From: an uncultured Faecalibacterium sp.
GTDB taxonomy: Bacteria; Bacillota; Clostridia; Oscillospirales; Ruminococcaceae
DNA: 47,371 nt
Assembly: GCA_944387975.1 (NCBI GenBank)
Contig: CALXGZ010000123.1
Span: 1 to 47,371, forward strand
Reading direction: 5' to 3'
The notes beneath the pieces are model-generated. The model made no database searches. It was given only the letters and a program-made list of their open reading frames with translations, and was not told where the DNA came from. This document shows, piece by piece, positions 9,821-18,222 of this stretch (position 1 is its first letter; each line of letters begins with the position of its first letter). A program made the position numbers and the translations under genes.

Positions 9821-11017
9821 ATGGCAACCAAGATCGATATTTTTTCCGGCTTTTTGGGCGCGGGCAAAACGACCCTGATCAAAAAGCTGATCCGTGAGTC
9901 CTTCCAAGGGCAGCAGGTGGTGCTGATCGAGAACGAGTTCGGCGAGATCGGCATCGACGGCGGCTTCCTGGAGGAGTCGGGCATCAAGATCAACGAGCTG
10001 AACGCCGGGTGCATCTGCTGCTCGCTGGTGGGCGACTTCCGCGACGCGCTGCGCAAGGTGGTGGAGCAGTACCACCCCGACCGCATCCTGATCGAGCCGT
10101 CGGGCGTCGGCAAGCTGTCCGACGTGACCCGCGCCGTCGAGGCCGTGGCCGAACACCTGGACGTCGAGCTGTCCAGCTTTGTGACGGTGGCCGACGTGAA
10201 CAAGGTCAAGCTGTATATGAAGAACTTCGGCGAGTTCTACAACGACCAGGTCTCCCACGCCAGCTGCATCCTGCTCAGCCGCACCCGCGGCGCCGACGCC
10301 GACAAGGTGGCCGCCGCCGTGGCCCTGCTGCGGGAGAAAAACCCCACCGCCACCATCGTCACCACCCCCTGGGACGATCTGACCGGCGCGCAGATCCTGA
10401 CCGCCATGTCGCAGAAGAACGACTTCGTGGCCGAGCTGCTGGCCATGGCCGCCGAGGCCAACGCCGCCCACGCCGAAGAGGATGAGGACGAGCACGAGCA
10501 CCATCACCACCACTACGACGAGAACGGCGTGTGCAGCTGCGGCCACCATCACCACGACGGCGAGGACGAGGATGAGGAGGAGCACGAGCATCACCACCAT
10601 CATGACCACGAGCATGAGGAGGGGCACTGCTGCTGCCATCACGACCACGACGGGCACGATGAGCATGACCACGAGGACCACGAGGGCCATGAGCACGGCC
10701 ACTGCTGCCACCATCACCACCATCACCACGACGGCCACGACGCCGACGAGGTGTTCACCAGCTGGGGCGTCGAGACGGCCCGCACCATCACCCGCGCCAC
10801 GGTCGAGCACGCCCTGGACGAGCTGGAGAGCGGCAAGTACGGCACGATCCTGCGCTCGAAGGGCATCGTGGACGGCGGCGCCGATGGCTGGCTGGAGTTC
10901 GACTACGTCCCCGGCGAGCGGGAGATCCGCAGCCGCAAGGCCGACGTCGGCGGCAAGCTGGTGGTCATCGGCTCGAAGCTGGACGAGGCGGGCATCGCCG
11001 CGCTGTTCGGCTGCTGA
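9821..11017 (+). CDS. CobW/COG0523 (G3E) metallochaperone GTPase with His-rich insert
   Basis: GFLGAGKTT Walker A, ENEFGE, GCICC metal motif, IEPSG; long His/Asp/Glu/Cys tract; RSKG in the CobW_C region. Confidence 0.92.
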   Translation: MATKIDIFSGFLGAGKTTLIKKLIRESFQGQQVVLIENEFGEIGIDGGFLEESGIKINELNAGCICCSLVGDFRDALRKVVEQYHPDRILIEPSGVGKLSDVTRAVEAVAEHLDVELSSFVTVADVNKVKLYMKNFGEFYNDQVSHASCILLSRTRGADADKVAAAVALLREKNPTATIVTTPWDDLTGAQILTAMSQKNDFVAELLAMAAEANAAHAEEDEDEHEHHHHHYDENGVCSCGHHHHDGEDEDEEEHEHHHHHDHEHEEGHCCCHHDHDGHDEHDHEDHEGHEHGHCCHHHHHHHDGHDADEVFTSWGVETARTITRATVEHALDELESGKYGTILRSKGIVDGGADGWLEFDYVPGEREIRSRKADVGGKLVVIGSKLDEAGIAALFGC

Positions 11018-11042
11018 AACTAGGTAAGGAGAGCGCCCTTTT

Positions 11043-12005
11043 ATGGCAAAAGAAGTACCGGTCTACCTGTTTGTGGGCTTCCTCGAGAGCGGCAAGACCA
11101 CCTTCATCCAGGAGACTTTTGAGGACCCCAACTTCGACTCCGGCGACAAGACGCTGCTGCTTGTCTGCGAGGAGGGCGAAGTGGAGTACAAGCCCGAGAA
11201 ATTCGCCTTCCCCGGCACCAGCGTCCGCGTGCTGGAGGATAAGGCCGAGCTGAACGCCCAGAACCTGGCCCGCCTCGAGAAAGAGACCGGCGCGGGCCGC
11301 GTCGTCATCGAGTACAACGGCATGTGGCTGCTGCAGGACCTGGCCGATGCGCTGCCGGCGCACTGGCTGATCTACCAGGTGATCGCCACGGCCGACGGCG
11401 CCACCGCGCTGACCTACGCCCGGGACAACGCCATGCGCAGCCTGATGCTGGACAAGATCGCCCGCAGCGAGCTGATCGTGTTCAACCGCGCCGAGAAGGT
11501 GAACAGCGACGAGGCCCGGCAGGAGCTGCACCGCCTGGTGCGCCAGGCGTCCCGCCGCTGCGATATCGCCTATGAGTTCGCCGACGGCAGCGTCGCCTAC
11601 GACGACATCCCCGACCCGCTGCCCTTCGACGTGGACGCCCCCGTCATCGAGATCGGGGACGACGACTTCGGCATCTGGTACCTGGACTGCCAGGAGGACC
11701 CCCAGAAGTACGTGGGCAAGACGGTGCGCTTTTTGGCGCAGGTGTGCCAGACCAGCCGCGCCGGCAAGAACAGCTTCGTGCCCGGGCGCTTCGCGATGAC
11801 CTGCTGCGTGCAGGACATCCAGTTCGTGGGCTTCCCCTGCGTGTACGAGGGCTACAAGGCCCTGGAGCAGCGCAGCTGGGTGACGGTCACCGCCCGCGTC
11901 GGCTACAAGTTCCACAACATTTACCGGGGCAAGGGTCCCGTGCTGAGCGCCACCGCCGTCGAGCCGGCCCACAAGCCTCTGAACGACGTGGTCGCCTTCT
12001 CGTAA
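11043..12005 (+). CDS. CobW-like GTPase domain fused to a MTCC-containing (DUF1980/TIGR03943-like) C-terminal domain
   Basis: GFLESGKTT, IEYNGMW, and C-terminal GRFAMTCCVQD. Confidence 0.75.
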   Translation: MAKEVPVYLFVGFLESGKTTFIQETFEDPNFDSGDKTLLLVCEEGEVEYKPEKFAFPGTSVRVLEDKAELNAQNLARLEKETGAGRVVIEYNGMWLLQDLADALPAHWLIYQVIATADGATALTYARDNAMRSLMLDKIARSELIVFNRAEKVNSDEARQELHRLVRQASRRCDIAYEFADGSVAYDDIPDPLPFDVDAPVIEIGDDDFGIWYLDCQEDPQKYVGKTVRFLAQVCQTSRAGKNSFVPGRFAMTCCVQDIQFVGFPCVYEGYKALEQRSWVTVTARVGYKFHNIYRGKGPVLSATAVEPAHKPLNDVVAFS

Positions 12006-12069
12006 ACCTGTCCCGTCCCCGGCCGCCGGCCGGTGAGCAATAAGCCTGTAAAAGCATAGGAGGTTGCAG

Positions 12070-12381
12070 ATGAGAGCTTTATTCCAACTGTTGGGCGCAG
12101 CCGCTGCTGTCGCCGCCGCGGGCCTGGGCGTCGCCGTCCTGGCCAAGAAACTGGGCAAAGAGTTCCCCATCAAGGTCACGGTCGACGTGCCCGAGGACGC
12201 TGAACAGGACCAGGAGGCCGCCGACAAGACTGCCGCCGCCTACGAGGCGGGCGTCGCCGCCGGCAAGGCCCACGCCGAGGCCATGCAGAAGGCCGCCGAG
12301 GCCGAAGCGGACGCCGCAGCGCCCGAGGCCGAAGAGGCCCCCGAGGAGCCCGCCGCCGCGAAGGACGAAGAAGAAGCCTGA
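12070..12381 (+). CDS. Hypothetical protein with N-terminal hydrophobic anchor and acidic Ala-rich tail
   Basis: GGAGG RBS, GC3-biased codons, followed by a terminator. Confidence 0.65.
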   Translation: MRALFQLLGAAAAVAAAGLGVAVLAKKLGKEFPIKVTVDVPEDAEQDQEAADKTAAAYEAGVAAGKAHAEAMQKAAEAEADAAAPEAEEAPEEPAAAKDEEEA

Positions 12382-12405
12382 GTAGCCCCGCGCCGCATGC
12401 AAAAC

Positions 12406-12441
12406 AGGCCCCCGCTTCCCATCCAGGGAGGCGGGGGCCTT
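12406..12441. terminator. Terminator hairpin between convergent genes
   Basis: aggccccgcttccc-atcca-gggaggcgggggcctt. Confidence 0.65.
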
Positions 12442-12455
12442 GTGCTGCGCGGGGG

Positions 12456-15245
12456 TTACAGCTCGATGATAAAGCTGACGCGGTGGTCTTCCTCACCGCT
12501 GATGCGGCAGGCGGGCTCGACGTCGGTGCCCCAGCTGTCGATGCCGCCGACGCCGCGCACCGCGCCCATGATGGTCAGGACGGTGCGGCCGGTGTTGGGC
12601 AGCTCGTCGCGGTGGGCGGCGGCCTCCAGCTCCTGCGCGGTGTTCGGCAGGGCCGAGAAGGCGAAGGGCTCGCCGTCCGCCATGCGCACGCGCAGGGCCG
12701 CGGTGGTGCGGCAGGCGGCGTCCTGCAGCTCCAGCGCGAGGGCGTGGGTGCCCATGTGGACGCCGCAGTCCTGCGGGACCAGGTAGGCCGGGATGTGGGG
12801 CGTCTCGGCCCAGCGGCCGAAGGACGCGCCCTTGTAGCGGTCGGGGTAGGTCTCGCCCGAAAGGCCGGTCCAGCATACGCGGGCGGCGGCGTGCTGCGTG
12901 CACAGCCGCAGGCCGAAGACGGGCAGCTCGGGCGCGCCCGGCACGCCGTGGTAGACGCCGTCCACCCGCAGCGCGCTGCCGGCGACGGTGTAGACGATAT
13001 CCGTCGCGGCCCCCGGCACCGTGGGGAAGCTGAAGCGGTAGCGGATGCGCACAGCCTCGCTGTCGGCCTGCTCCACCTGCCAGCCCTCCGCTTTGGGGTA
13101 GGCGTCGGCGGCCATCCACGCGGCACTGCGCACGGGGAAGCCGCAGCCCTTGTCGTTCTCGGTGGCGGCGCGCCACAGGGCCGGCCGCGGCGCGCGCCAG
13201 ACCCATTCGGGCCCGCCGGCCAGCCGCAGCGAGGCCAGGCCCCCCTCGCTGTAGGAGAATTGCAGGGCAAAGCCCTCGCCCTCGACGCCGAGGTTGACGT
13301 CGCCCTGGATGACGCGCAGCGGGCCGCCGGCGCGCAGGGCCGGCAGGCTGGCCGCCGCCGCGGCGCGGGCGTTGCGCGCGTCGTGTGCGGTGCGGCGGGC
13401 AGGCGTGTCGTACCAGTAGCGCAGCTCCTGCATGGCGGGCTTCTCTTCGCCGCCGGCAAAGACGATGCCGTTGGCGCTGAAGGCGTAGTCGGTGGGGCGC
13501 TCGCCAAAGTCGCCGCCGTAGCCCAGGCGGCGGCCCCGGACGCCGGGCTGCCACAGGGCCTGGTCCATGTAGTCCCAGATAAAGCCGCCCTGGTACTGGG
13601 GGTAGTCCAGCAGGCGGATATAGCTCTCCATGCCGCCGAGGCTGTTGCCCATATCGTGCATGTACTCGCAGAGGATGAAGGGCTTGGCGGGCTTGCTTTC
13701 CAGGTAGGCGCGGATCTCGTCGGGCTTGGCGTACATGCGGCTTTCGATGTCGCTGATCTGGTCGAAGGCGCGGCAGTGGAACACGCCCTCGTAGTGCACC
13801 AGGCGGCCGGGGTCGTTCTGGTGGAAGAAGTCGCTCATGGCCAGGATGTCCTCGCCGGCGTAGGACTCGTTGCCGCAGCTCCAGATCAGGATGGCGCTGT
13901 GGTTTTTGTCCCGCTCGAACATCGAGCGCGCGCGGTCCACCACGCAGTCGCGCCACTCGGGCAGGCTGCCCGGCACGTTCCAGGAGGGCTCCACGGCGCT
14001 CATCTTCTGCCAGGAGCCGTGGCTCTCCAGGTTGGCCTCGTCGATCATGTAGATGCCGTTTTCGTCGCACAGGTCGTACCAGAGGCTCTGGTCGGGGTAG
14101 TGGCAGGTGCGCACCGCGTTGATGTTGTTGCGGCGGAAGGTCTCCATCGCGCGGTACATATCCTCGGGGCCGATGGCGCGGCCGGCGGCGGGGTTCCACT
14201 CGTGGCGGTTGACGCCGTTGAAGACGACGCGCTCGCCGTTCAGCTCCATGACGCCGCCGCGCAGCCCAAAGCGGCGGAAGCCGGTGCGGTAGGGAACGGT
14301 CTCCTGCACGGCGCCGGCGGCGTCGCGCAGGGTGAGGGTGACGGTGTAGAGGGCGGGGTCCTCATGGCACCACTTGCGGATGCCGGGCAGGCGCACGGGC
14401 AGGCCGTAGACGTAGCCGCTGCCGTCGGCCCGCAGGGGCATGGGCGCGTCCCACACCGGCTGCCCGCCGGGGGCGGCCACGGCGCAGTGCAGGGTGCAGC
14501 CCTCCAGGCTGGCCCCGGGCGCGGCGCTCAGGCGCAGGCGGGGGGCCAGGGTGCCGGTGCTGTTGTCGGCCTCGAGGCCGGCCTGCAGCCACAGGTCCTC
14601 GATGTGCAGGGCGGGCTTTGCGTACAGGTAGACCGAGCGGAAGATGCCGAAGAAGCGGAAGAAGTCCTGATCCTCCAGCCAGCTGCCGGAGCAGTTCTTG
14701 TACACCTCGACGCACAGGCGGTTCTCGCCCTCGCGCAGGTAGGGGGTCAGGTCAAAGTCGGCGGGGGTGAAGCTGTCCTCGCTGTAGCCAACGAAGTGGC
14801 CGTTGCACCAGCAGTAGAAGGCCCGCTCGACCCCCTGGAAGGACACGCACACCCGCTTGCCGCGCAGCGCCGCGTCGAGGGTAAAGGTCTTGACATAGCT
14901 GCCCACGGGGGTGTCGTCCCAGGCGATGTGGGGCGGGCGCAGGGCGTGGCGGCCGTCCCAGGGGTACATGGTGTTGATGTACTGGATCTGGCCGTAGCCC
15001 TGCATCTCGATGTGGCCGGGCACGGCGATGTCGCCAAAGCCGTCAAGGCTGGCGTCCGCCTGCCAGAAGTCCGCCGGCCGCGCGGCGGGGCAGGGGCTGT
15101 AGGCGAAGCGCCACGCGCCGTCCAGGCTCTGGCGCAGATCGCCCTGTGCGGTATACCACAGATGGTCCGAGTGGGCGTCCAGCCGGTTGACCGCGAAGAC
15201 GCGCGGGTCCTCCAGCCATTTCAGTTCGGGGTGGGTAGCGTTCAT
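12456..15245 (-). CDS. Beta-galactosidase, glycoside hydrolase family 2
   Basis: GVNRHE, RTCHYP, IWSCGNES (acid/base Glu), FILCEYMH (nucleophile Glu), GVGGIDSWG; AGGAGG RBS before ATG 15245. Confidence 0.92.
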   Translation of the reverse strand: MNATHPELKWLEDPRVFAVNRLDAHSDHLWYTAQGDLRQSLDGAWRFAYSPCPAARPADFWQADASLDGFGDIAVPGHIEMQGYGQIQYINTMYPWDGRHALRPPHIAWDDTPVGSYVKTFTLDAALRGKRVCVSFQGVERAFYCWCNGHFVGYSEDSFTPADFDLTPYLREGENRLCVEVYKNCSGSWLEDQDFFRFFGIFRSVYLYAKPALHIEDLWLQAGLEADNSTGTLAPRLRLSAAPGASLEGCTLHCAVAAPGGQPVWDAPMPLRADGSGYVYGLPVRLPGIRKWCHEDPALYTVTLTLRDAAGAVQETVPYRTGFRRFGLRGGVMELNGERVVFNGVNRHEWNPAAGRAIGPEDMYRAMETFRRNNINAVRTCHYPDQSLWYDLCDENGIYMIDEANLESHGSWQKMSAVEPSWNVPGSLPEWRDCVVDRARSMFERDKNHSAILIWSCGNESYAGEDILAMSDFFHQNDPGRLVHYEGVFHCRAFDQISDIESRMYAKPDEIRAYLESKPAKPFILCEYMHDMGNSLGGMESYIRLLDYPQYQGGFIWDYMDQALWQPGVRGRRLGYGGDFGERPTDYAFSANGIVFAGGEEKPAMQELRYWYDTPARRTAHDARNARAAAAASLPALRAGGPLRVIQGDVNLGVEGEGFALQFSYSEGGLASLRLAGGPEWVWRAPRPALWRAATENDKGCGFPVRSAAWMAADAYPKAEGWQVEQADSEAVRIRYRFSFPTVPGAATDIVYTVAGSALRVDGVYHGVPGAPELPVFGLRLCTQHAAARVCWTGLSGETYPDRYKGASFGRWAETPHIPAYLVPQDCGVHMGTHALALELQDAACRTTAALRVRMADGEPFAFSALPNTAQELEAAAHRDELPNTGRTVLTIMGAVRGVGGIDSWGTDVEPACRISGEEDHRVSFIIEL

Positions 15246-15394
15246 GCGGGTGACCTCCTTGCAAAGCATATGCGGGACAAAGGTTTTGTTCGTACCCTGA
15301 TTGTACCGTCGCGCCAAAACGCTGTCAATGCGAAAACTTGCATAAAAGATGCAAAAAGCCACACACGCCGCGGCAAAGATTTTCAAATTGCCTC

Positions 15395-15423
15395 TTGACA
15401 ATCAGCGGCAAAACTGCTATGAT
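15395..15423 (+). promoter_or_regulatory. Sigma-A promoter of the tRNA-Ser pair
   Basis: TTGACA-17 bp-TATGAT with TG extension. Confidence 0.75.
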
Positions 15424-15458
15424 AAGTAGGCATTCGGTACGGCGCAGGATGCCCACGA

Positions 15459-15546
15459 GGAGAGATGTCCGAGTGGTTTAAGGAAGCAGTCTTGAAAACT
15501 GCCGTGCGGCAACGCACCGTGGGTTCGAATCCCACTCTCTCCGCCA
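15459..15546 (+). tRNA. tRNA-Ser(TGA)
   Basis: GGAGAGA acceptor stem, anticodon arm gcagt-ctTGAaa-actgc, long variable arm, GGTTCGAATCC, encoded CCA. Confidence 0.96.
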
Positions 15547-15580
15547 TTTTAATTGCATCAGTTACAGCTGACTTTGCTCT

Positions 15581-15671
15581 GGAGTAGTACTCAAGAGGCC
15601 GAAGAGGCGCCCCTGCTAAGGGCGTAGGTCGGGAAACCGGCGCGAGGGTTCAAATCCCTCCTACTCCGCCA
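15581..15671 (+). tRNA. tRNA-Ser(GCT); prophage integration target
   Basis: GGAGTAG/CTACTCC acceptor stem, cgccc-ctGCTaa-gggcg anticodon arm, long variable arm, GGTTCAAATCC, CCA. Confidence 0.96.
15645..15671 (+). repeat. att core, left copy (3' end of tRNA-Ser)
   Basis: agggttcaaatccctcctactccgcca, identical to 30763-30789. Confidence 0.95.
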
Positions 15672-15717
15672 AATAAATGTGCGTACATCGTCAAAAATCG
15701 CAATCCTTTGAGAGCGA

Positions 15718-15741
15718 ATACCACACTTTGTACCGCACTCT
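15718..15741 (+). repeat. Putative integrase arm-type sites, left
   Basis: Tandem ataccacacttt / gtaccgcactct, matching the tandem pair at 30642-30665. Confidence 0.55.
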
Positions 15742-15743
15742 TG

Positions 15744-15851
15744 AAACAAGCCCCTGTGATATCCTTGAGATGTCGCAGGGGTTTGTTTTTGCGTAACAAG
15801 AAAACGCCCCTATGTCACACCGTCAAGGTGCAGCACAGGGGCGCTTTCTTT
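15744..15851. terminator. Two hairpins terminating tRNA and leftward prophage transcription
   Basis: aaacaagcccctg...caggggtttgttt and aagaaaacgcccct...aggggcgctttctt. Confidence 0.6.
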
Positions 15852-16269
15852 ATAACTTGCTTACAATATAGGCACTTGTGGCCATGCCGGCCTGCGCGGC
15901 CTCCCGTTTGACGCGCTCGGCAACAGAAGCGGGCATAGAGATCAGTATGCGGACGGTGCTGTCGTCCTCCTCAACTGGACCGAAAGCGGCTTGGTAGGTG
16001 CCGGTGTCAAGGTGTTCTTCCGCCCATGCTTGAGCGGCGTCATAGCTCAGAGGGATGATCTTCTCGCCGCTGGACCAGTTTCCCTGGCCGGACGGTTCAG
16101 CGTATTTAGAGCCTGGGCCGCCCTCGCCGTGCAGGAAGAATTCGCCTCTCTGCTTCCGGTAGAGCGTTTCGCTCGTCCAATACAAGTTGTCCGTGATGTT
16201 GTTGTCCCAGCCGCCGACTTTGCGGGCGGTGTCGGTGTTGTATAACTTTCCGTTGATGATCTTCTTCAT
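15850..16269 (-). CDS. Hypothetical phage protein with C-terminal ribbon-helix-helix-like segment
   Basis: GGAGG RBS and ATGA overlap with the upstream gene; C-terminus VRILISMPASVAERVKREAAQAGMATSAYIVSKL fits a beta-alpha-alpha RHH pattern. Confidence 0.7.
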   Translation of the reverse strand: MKKIINGKLYNTDTARKVGGWDNNITDNLYWTSETLYRKQRGEFFLHGEGGPGSKYAEPSGQGNWSSGEKIIPLSYDAAQAWAEEHLDTGTYQAAFGPVEEDDSTVRILISMPASVAERVKREAAQAGMATSAYIVSKL

Positions 16270-16991
16270 AATTGGTTTTCCTCCATGCTTTTCTTTTTGG
16301 CTTTCGCTTCTTCAATGGTCTGGAAAAGACCAATATATTTGCCTTTTATTGTGAGCTGCCATTTACCCTTGTGCCAGGTTATGCCTGGAATCCCGGACTG
16401 TGGGTTTGTGTGCTCCAGTTTAGAGAGCACTCTATCCGGTCTGGCCCTGCCGCGTTTGACGTCTGCTATGGCCTGCATGCGCCGCTTTTGTTCTGCGGCG
16501 CATGCAGGGGAGCAAGTAACCGTTGGGGTGGGGGAGGAAAACGGCTTTCCGCACACGGCGCAGACTCTTCGATCTTTTCGTTTTTCTGATTTTTGCTCTC
16601 TAATTTCGTGCTGACGATCCTCTGCCCACTGGCGCTTTGCTTGTTTAACCTTTTCGCTTACGGCTTCGCCTGCACACTCCGGGCAATAAATTTGGCGGCT
16701 GCCATTCACAACATACTCTTTCCCACAATTCCGGCAGACGTCGATGCTTCCCAGCGGGCGGGCTGTACCATTCTTTTTGTGCCGTCGATTCGCCTCTCAT
16801 TGGGCCTCTATTCGGCATTTCGGGCAATATTTGCTGCGTGGATACCCAACGAACTCAACGCCGCAGGTGGCGCACACTCTGGTGCGCAACACATTGCGTC
16901 TGGATGCCGACGCACATTCAGGGCAATACCAGCTGTCAGGCTTGTCGGTCAAATAGATTTTGCCGCAGCTCTTACAGATGTGCTGGCGCAT
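16266..16991 (-). pseudogene. Multi CxxC zinc-finger protein with C-terminal AP2-like domain, split by one in-frame TGA at 16797-16799
   Basis: ORFs 16797..17000 and 16266..16709 are in one frame, and the gap reads AQ*EANRRHKKNGTARPLGSIDVCRNCGKEYVV; tail SGIPGITWHKGKWQLTIKGKYIGLFQTIEEA is AP2-like. Confidence 0.75.
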
Positions 16992-17167
16992 CAGATGCAA
17001 AACTCCTCTCCATACTTGTTAGAGTGGGCCTCGCAGTAGGCGTCCAGGAATTCCTGGACGGTGCACTCGTCCGCCATTTCCATGTGCAGCGTCTCGCGGA
17101 TGTCATCATCCATCAGGTTAACGCATGCATCGAAATCGACCTCGTGACCATTCAGCATAACTTTCAT
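16991..17167 (-). CDS. acrIC5: AcrIC5-like anti-CRISPR protein (58 aa)
   Basis: MKVMLNGHEVDFDACVNLMDDDIRETLHMEMADECTVQEFLDAYCEAHSNKYGEEFCI matches the AcrIC5 pattern as I recall it (LNG..DFDA.VNLMD...RE.LH...QEFLDAY..AH..K..GEEF); GGAGG RBS; 15 D/E versus 3 K/R. Confidence 0.78.
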   Translation of the reverse strand: MKVMLNGHEVDFDACVNLMDDDIRETLHMEMADECTVQEFLDAYCEAHSNKYGEEFCI

Positions 17168-17191
17168 TTTTGTTTCCTCCATTGTATTATC

Positions 17192-17938
17192 TCAAGCGTA
17201 CTTAACGCACAGAGCGTTCAGAGCCTCACGGCTGCCGGTCCATGCTTTGCACTCTTTGTCCCAAGCGAGGCCCAGGTCACGCATCATCTGACGCACAGGG
17301 TAAGTATTGCCCGTGATGGTCAGCCCGTCCATATCGACGTTGACCAACACAGGGTGCATCAGGGTGCCCCCGACCTGGATATTGCGGATGATTCCGGTAA
17401 AGACGCGGGCGGCCTCCATAGCGTCCAGTTTGGCAAGCACGCGGCTGGTATCATCGTGGGCGTTCTGGATAACGCTGTTGGTGCCGGTCGCCAGATTGTA
17501 ATTGATGCCCTGGATGGCGTTTTGGATACCGGCAGCCTGGGTCGCCATGTTGTAATTCACGCCGTCCACGGCCCGCTGGGTCTGGCAACAGCAATCCTGG
17601 GTCTGGTAGCCCAGCTGACACACAGCAGTATCAACCCCATGGAAGCCGTTGGTCACGGCGTCCTTGATGGAGGTCTGGCCGTTCTGCAGGCCCTGAAGGG
17701 CAAAACCCTCGTTGAGGTCGGCGCGGGTAATGGTACCCTGGGCGTTGGGGGTGTTGAAGCCACCGCCAAAGCCCCCGGCCCCGCCGAACCCGTAACCTCC
17801 GAAGCAGCCAAACAGCAGGAAAAGGATCAGCCACGACATCATGTCGCCGCCCCACATGGAGCCCATACCGCCGTAGCCGCAGCCCTGATAAACAGGCGCG
17901 ACCGGCATTGTGATCGTTGCATCGTTTGCCAAAGACAT
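17192..17938 (-). CDS. Chimeric ORF: Gly-rich/DCCC phage protein N-terminus fused to the C-terminal part of an unrelated small protein
   Basis: GAAAGGA RBS; WLILFLLFGCFGGYGFGG and QDCCCQTQ motifs, then an abrupt change after DAMEAAR to ITGNTYPVRQMMRDLGLAWDKECKAW. Confidence 0.6.
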   Translation of the reverse strand: MSLANDATITMPVAPVYQGCGYGGMGSMWGGDMMSWLILFLLFGCFGGYGFGGAGGFGGGFNTPNAQGTITRADLNEGFALQGLQNGQTSIKDAVTNGFHGVDTAVCQLGYQTQDCCCQTQRAVDGVNYNMATQAAGIQNAIQGINYNLATGTNSVIQNAHDDTSRVLAKLDAMEAARVFTGIIRNIQVGGTLMHPVLVNVDMDGLTITGNTYPVRQMMRDLGLAWDKECKAWTGSREALNALCVKYA

Positions 17939-17991
17939 AAGTACGTCCTTTCTTAGTTGTAAGTGAATATACAAACTGTGGCCACAGTTTT

Positions 17992-18222
17992 TTACTTGCG
18001 CGGTGCAAACATTCCTTGCACGCCCTGGATCATGCCCATCATCTGTTGGGCCTGCTGCTGCACCTGATTGAGTTGCGCCTGCGACACGCGGCCAGATGCG
18101 ACCATTTGTCGGATCAACGCATTGGGGTCTTGTCCCTGCATCTGCTGCACAAATGCCTGGAATTGCTGCGTCATATCGGGTTGCACCCTCTGATTGAGCG
18201 CGCTGTAGAACGGGTTAGGCAT
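17992..18222 (-). CDS. Gln/Met-rich hypothetical phage protein
   Basis: MPNPFYSAL...DPNALIRQMVASGRVSQAQLNQ; AGGAGG RBS; overlaps the upstream stop. Confidence 0.7.
   Translation of the reverse strand: MPNPFYSALNQRVQPDMTQQFQAFVQQMQGQDPNALIRQMVASGRVSQAQLNQVQQQAQQMMGMIQGVQGMFAPRK

Noticed and set aside
12483-15398. Long antisense and alternate-frame ORFs (971 aa here; also 4077-6170, 6940-9795, 38749-40140, 42199-43866)
   Set aside because: Shadow frames of real GC-rich genes with no recognisable motifs or RBS
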